From NCBI GenBank assembly GCA_938003925.1, contig CALKWQ010000022.1:26278-90277 (forward strand): 64,000 nucleotides of DNA. The letters run 5' to 3'. The position numbers and the translations under genes are program-made. The stretch comes from an uncultured bacterium (GTDB lineage Bacteria; Patescibacteriota; Patescibacteriia; Patescibacteriales; UBA12465). The notes under the pieces are model-generated. The model was not told the origin of the DNA. It was given only the letters and a program-made list of their open reading frames with translations, and did not search any database. Positions 60,132 through 64,000 of the stretch are shown one piece after another (positions within the stretch are counted from its first letter, which is position 1; each line of letters starts with the position of its first letter).

Positions 60132-60196
60132 ATCAATTTAAAAAAAGATGGGTAAGGCTAAAAAATAAAGTTTAAAATTCATAAGATTTATTTAAA

Positions 60197-61447
60197 TTAA
60201 ATTGATAATTTAATTGCTGCTGCCGCACTTTCGCCAGCAATATAACCTGTAGTCCAGGCGACCTGCAAATTATAACCACCAGTGGGCCCATCTAAATCCA
60301 GCACTTCTCCGGCAAAATAGAGATTAGAATACAAACGAGACAACATGGTTCGGCCATCAACTTCACGTAAATCTACACCGCCAACAGTAACCATAGCCTC
60401 GTTAAAACCACGTAGACTTAGGATATCAAAACGCCAGTCCTTAAACATAGTTACCAGTTCTAAGCGCTCGCTACGAGTAAAACTATGCCCCTTCTTATCA
60501 GTATCAATTGATAGTTGAGTGAGTAAAAAATGAACTACTTTTTTAGGCAACAAGCGTGCCATAATATTCTTAATCTCTGCCTGTTTATTACTGGCTACTA
60601 GAGTTACTATTTCCGCCTCTAATTCCTCCGAATTCATTTCTGGCAACAAATCAAGACTAACAGTCAATGAAACCGATGACTGACGGGCAATTTGACGACT
60701 TAAATTTAATGACGCCGGGCCACTAATGCCCCGGGCCGTAAAAAGTAAATCCCCTTCTTCTTGAGCAAGTCTCTCTCTGCCCTGATATAAACTTAAACGA
60801 ACGCCAACAATACTAATCCCCTCCAAAGATTCTGCCGGATTTTGTAAAATAATCGGGCTCAGTGCCGCCTGAGGAGTAATAACTCTATGACCAATGGCTC
60901 GTAGCCAATTATAAGCATCACCGCTAGCACCAGCAGACGGGTAAGAACGGCCACCAGTAGCAATTAAAAAATTGCTAGCCTTTACCACACTTTTATCTTT
61001 TAACACTAAATGCACAACCGACCCCGTTTCCGTTACTAAACTGGCAACCGGCGCATTGGTCTTAATATCAACTCCAGCTAGCTTGGCATAATTGACCAAT
61101 ACTGACAAAATCTCACCAGCCTGATTACTGTCAGGAAAAACTCGACCGTTAGCTTCGGTTCTCAAAACTACTCCTCGTTGTTGGAAAAATGCCATCACTG
61201 ACTCCGCGTCAAAACGGCTTAAAGCCGACAATAGCCACTGACCGTTAGTTCCGAGCGCGGCGGCTAATAAACGAGCTGGCAGCTGATTAGTTAAATTACA
61301 GCGACCACCACCAGTCATTAGTAATTTTATCCCTAAAGCCTGATTTTTCTCTAATAATAAAACCTTAGCACCTAATTCAGCTGCTCGGCCAGCAGCCATA
61401 AGGCCCGCGGGACCACCGCCAATTACCACTAAATCGTATGTTTTCAT
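60197..61447 (-). CDS. HI0933/BaiN-like NAD(P)/FAD-dependent oxidoreductase
   Basis: 416 aa. YDLVVIGGGPAGLMAAGRAAELGAKVLLLEKN...TGGGRCNLTN. Confidence 0.85.
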   Translation of the reverse strand: MKTYDLVVIGGGPAGLMAAGRAAELGAKVLLLEKNQALGIKLLMTGGGRCNLTNQLPARLLAAALGTNGQWLLSALSRFDAESVMAFFQQRGVVLRTEANGRVFPDSNQAGEILSVLVNYAKLAGVDIKTNAPVASLVTETGSVVHLVLKDKSVVKASNFLIATGGRSYPSAGASGDAYNWLRAIGHRVITPQAALSPIILQNPAESLEGISIVGVRLSLYQGRERLAQEEGDLLFTARGISGPASLNLSRQIARQSSVSLTVSLDLLPEMNSEELEAEIVTLVASNKQAEIKNIMARLLPKKVVHFLLTQLSIDTDKKGHSFTRSERLELVTMFKDWRFDILSLRGFNEAMVTVGGVDLREVDGRTMLSRLYSNLYFAGEVLDLDGPTGGYNLQVAWTTGYIAGESAAAAIKLSI

Positions 61448-61565
61448 AGAAAGGATATATAAATTACCACCACCAATCTAGACAGCACATTATAAGGCTT
61501 TATCACTGCTTTTACTATCATACCACATTCTAGGACGTGCTAATAATAACTGCGGCTGACAACCA

Positions 61566-61594
61566 TTGACATTTTATATAATATCTGATATAAT
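61566..61594 (+). promoter_or_regulatory. consensus sigma-70 promoter for the cold-shock gene (TTGACA-17-TATAAT)
   Basis: TTGACA at 61566-61571, an exact 17 nt spacer, and TATAAT at 61589-61594. This predicts a 5' UTR of about 78 nt. Confidence 0.65.
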
Positions 61595-61678
61595 TAAAAC
61601 ATCAAAAATTATTTTAGAAAAGTAGTCGAGTTTCAAAACATTTAATTTTGCGATTTTAATTTATTTATCCAATCAATT

Positions 61679-61876
61679 ATGAAAGGCGTAATAAAAAAGA
61701 AGACTGACAAAGGTTTTGGTTTCATTACCGTTGAAGGTCAAGACAAGGACTTATTCTTCCACAGCAATTCTTTAGTAGGTATTTCCTTTGAAGAACTTCA
61801 GGAAGGCGACAATGTCACTTTTGAGAGCGAACAGTCCCCTAAGGGTCCGAATGCAGTCAACGTACAACTCGCTTAA
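61679..61876 (+). CDS. cold-shock protein (CspA family)
   Basis: 65 aa. RNP1 KGFGFI and an RNP2-like LFFHS. Confidence 0.95.
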   Translation: MKGVIKKKTDKGFGFITVEGQDKDLFFHSNSLVGISFEELQEGDNVTFESEQSPKGPNAVNVQLA

Positions 61877-61887
61877 TATCTCTTTAC

Positions 61888-61916
61888 AAAAAAGAACGAC
61901 TACCTCGTTCTTTTTT
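61888..61916. terminator. rho-independent terminator after csp (bidirectional flanks)
   Basis: AAAGAACGA-ctacc-TCGTTCTTTTTT. Confidence 0.75.
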
Positions 61917-61944
61917 GTTATCCAAAAATTATCTCTAAAAAATA

Positions 61945-62844
61945 TCATCCAGAGATTAAACCCATTACTATCACTCCTGACATCACTATTACTGCTCCGA
62001 TATATTGCCATAAACTAATACGCTCACCATTAAACTTAACTCCTAATATCATAGCAATCACCGCGTAACCGGCCACAATGGTTGTAATAATAGATAACTC
62101 TTCCCTTTGTGTGGCGAGGGCGTAGAACAGCCAGGCAGCGGTATCAATTAGAGCTGTGATTAAGATTAAACGACGATAATTAAAGCTGCTGCGCCAAAAT
62201 GAATACCATCCCTGACTGTACCAAATGTAACCTAATAAAAATAAAGAACCGAAAGTCCAGGGAAACCAGACGGCAGTAAAAGCAGAAATATTGCGAGCAT
62301 TACTGGTAATTAAAAAATTATACAAAGCGCTAAAAATTACGGCAGCTAAGGCTAATAGAGCTCCTTTCTCCCAAATAAAATTGCTCTTTTTGCCAAAATA
62401 TCGCCATTGCTCCCACCACTGGCGACGACTTTTAGAAATCAAGCATACTCCGGTAATAATTGCTATAACAACCAACAATTGCGACCAACTTAAAGTTTCT
62501 TTAAAGAAAAGCAATCCCAATATAATAGTAAATGGTAACTCGCCAATTAAAATCATTTCTACGACTGATAGCTTACCCTTGTTATAAGCTTTAAACAATA
62601 AAATACTGTACAATAGCTCAGCCAACGTCATCAACAGTAAAGAGCGAGTATTATCCCATATGAACATAGCCGGTAAATCCTGCCAAACAAAAGGTAATAA
62701 TACAACGGCCGCCACCAAGTCTATCCACAGTAGCGTCTGAAAATCTCCTACCTTACGCACAGTTTTCTGAATTAAAAAATCCCCTACTCCCCAGCCGATC
62801 ATAGCCAAAAAAGCAAAAATCAAACTAACTTGAAAACTGTTCAT
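61945..62844 (-). CDS. EamA/DMT-superfamily transporter
   Basis: 299 aa, about 10 TM helices in two similar halves. Confidence 0.75.
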   Translation of the reverse strand: MNSFQVSLIFAFLAMIGWGVGDFLIQKTVRKVGDFQTLLWIDLVAAVVLLPFVWQDLPAMFIWDNTRSLLLMTLAELLYSILLFKAYNKGKLSVVEMILIGELPFTIILGLLFFKETLSWSQLLVVIAIITGVCLISKSRRQWWEQWRYFGKKSNFIWEKGALLALAAVIFSALYNFLITSNARNISAFTAVWFPWTFGSLFLLGYIWYSQGWYSFWRSSFNYRRLILITALIDTAAWLFYALATQREELSIITTIVAGYAVIAMILGVKFNGERISLWQYIGAVIVMSGVIVMGLISG

Positions 62845-62863
62845 AATTAACAGCTATTTAAAT

Positions 62864-63256
62864 CTAGCCCAATATATTATATAAATAAGCCGCAGCTGCA
62901 TAAGCTAAAGCTAGAAAAGAAAAAAAGAAAATGGCGATGTAATTCCATTTAGCTAAACTCGTGCTCAATCCCTGTAAAATATAATACAAAGCTTCCCGGT
63001 CGGCCTTATCTAGGGTCTGGTTGGTGTTAATTTTATTAACTAAGTCCAAGCGCTGAATCAACTGCTCACGGCGATTTTCAATAGACCAGCGATGACCAAA
63101 ATACCAAATAAAACCAATGGTGCCAATATACCAAGAGACCTCTAACCAAAATGAACTATAATGATTTAAAACTATCACTAGACGATAAGAGATGGTGGCT
63201 ACCACTCCCACTAAAAAAATAAAAATTCTATAAGCGTGTTTATTTAACTTGGGCAT
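62864..63256 (-). CDS. hypothetical membrane protein
   Basis: 130 aa with three hydrophobic helices. No family recognised. Confidence 0.5.
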   Translation of the reverse strand: MPKLNKHAYRIFIFLVGVVATISYRLVIVLNHYSSFWLEVSWYIGTIGFIWYFGHRWSIENRREQLIQRLDLVNKINTNQTLDKADREALYYILQGLSTSLAKWNYIAIFFFSFLALAYAAAAYLYNILG

Positions 63257-63277
63257 ATATTGAGACAGAAATTATGA

Positions 63278-63631
63278 TTAAATTTTTACTGTCTTAGTTA
63301 ATTTTTTTGTCTTCTTAGGTTTAGGCGCTGGCAAGCTGGCGGCCGTAATACTAATTAGCTCGCTCAACCAATCAGCCTCATCTATTCTATCTTCATCAAT
63401 AAGCATGGAAACTTTGGCTCCTGGATAAGCTCGGCCCTCTAGATAATTCTGGTCCGCAAACTGCTGGCCAGGCTCAGTAATTTTAACATACAATTTATTA
63501 TCACAAATTAAAGCCACTACAATTTCATTATAATACACGGCGTATTCGCCAAACATCTTGCGCGCTCTGACATTAACCAGCGACGATAGCTGATCTAAAA
63601 TATAATCAACTTGACTCTGTTTAGTGGCCAT
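63278..63631 (-). CDS. TfoX N-terminal-domain protein
   Basis: 117 aa. VNVRARKMFGEYAVYYNEIVVALICDNKLYVK matches the TfoX_N pattern (MFGG...LyvK). Confidence 0.65.
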   Translation of the reverse strand: MATKQSQVDYILDQLSSLVNVRARKMFGEYAVYYNEIVVALICDNKLYVKITEPGQQFADQNYLEGRAYPGAKVSMLIDEDRIDEADWLSELISITAASLPAPKPKKTKKLTKTVKI

Positions 63632-63653
63632 AGATTTAATTAATAAGCTAACA

Positions 63654-63893
63654 CTATTCTGGCTGCCTGAAATTTAAATTATATTTATCTAATAAATCCT
63701 GCAACTCTTGAAAAGTTTTAGCGTTAACCATAGGCATCTTAGCTCTTAATTCTTCTTCGGTATAGCTAAGCAAATCGCCTAATTTGTTAATCCCCAGATT
63801 TTTTAAATAAACAAAAGCTCGCGTGCTTAAATCACAATCAGCCAACATTAGGTCATCGGGTAAACGGCTAGCTTTAAATTCAAAGGAATTCAT
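63654..63893 (-). CDS. stand-alone RNA polymerase alpha-CTD-like helix-hairpin-helix protein
   Basis: Start moved to MNSFEF (63893). DLSTRAFVYLKNLGINKLGDLLSYTEEELRAKMPMVNAKTFQELQDLL follows the alpha-CTD pattern LSxRxxNxLKxxGIxxxGDLxxxTEEEL. Confidence 0.5.
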   Translation of the reverse strand: MNSFEFKASRLPDDLMLADCDLSTRAFVYLKNLGINKLGDLLSYTEEELRAKMPMVNAKTFQELQDLLDKYNLNFRQPE

Positions 63894-63924
63894 ATAATTA
63901 TTAAAAAATGATAGAAAATTGGGT

Positions 63925-64000
63925 TTATTCAATGACCACTTCCTTGTCCATATATAAATCATCTTGCATCACTTTATTTATCTTGGCATCTATTTCTTCT
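63925..64000 (-). CDS. 3' end of an unidentified gene entering from beyond the window
   Basis: Open frame from the edge, ending ...EEIDAKINKVMQDDLYMDKEVVIE with TAA at 63925-63927. Too short to assign. Confidence 0.3.
   Translation of the reverse strand, partial: EEIDAKINKVMQDDLYMDKEVVIE

Overview
This 64 kb window reads as a compact bacterial chromosome segment. It is roughly 90% coding, with short intergenic gaps and several 4-10 nt gene overlaps, and by eye it is moderately AT-rich. It uses the standard genetic code: TAA is the dominant stop, and TAG and TGA also end ORFs. Most of the content is housekeeping:
- dnaB-ybaB-recR, rplU and murA
- galU plus three tandem GT2 glycosyltransferases
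- a contiguous thymidylate block (dCMP deaminase, a long ThyX-like protein, a P-loop kinase and a Tmk-Dut fusion)
- gatB and miaA-miaB
- two large divergent polytopic membrane proteins, at least one GT-C-like
- mltG, groES-groEL and uppP
- a complete F1Fo ATP synthase operon (atpI-like, B, E, F, H, A, G, D, C) and tatD
- an hrcA-grpE-hsp20-dnaK-dnaJ heat-shock operon
- a class B PBP and an OmpR-type response regulator with a 6-TM histidine kinase
- a cold-shock protein gene and two stand-alone tRNAs (Lys-UUU, Thr-UGU)

Two perfect CIRCE operators (TTAGCACTC-N9-GAGTGCTAA) sit in front of groES and hrcA. I saw no rRNA, CRISPR array, transposase, integrase or prophage signature. The gene set and the many fused or shortened proteins resemble reduced-genome Patescibacteria/CPR lineages, but that is inference only.

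The observations most worth a second look:
- a DUF1653-Nudix-GrpE triple fusion in the heat-shock operon
- a tandem two-domain ThyX-like protein whose RHR and S-x-R-Y motifs are split between its halves, next to a Tmk-Dut fusion
- a strong terminator hairpin wedged between the response regulator and the kinase, with an isoprenoid-synthase-like ORF translationally coupled to the kinase
- a 419 bp intergenic region holding a 30-codon hydrophobic ORF behind an 84 nt rod-like hairpin
- a DUF2177-like gene whose hydrophobic N-terminus is cut off by one in-frame TAA

All protein-family calls come from motif recognition by eye, with no database search.
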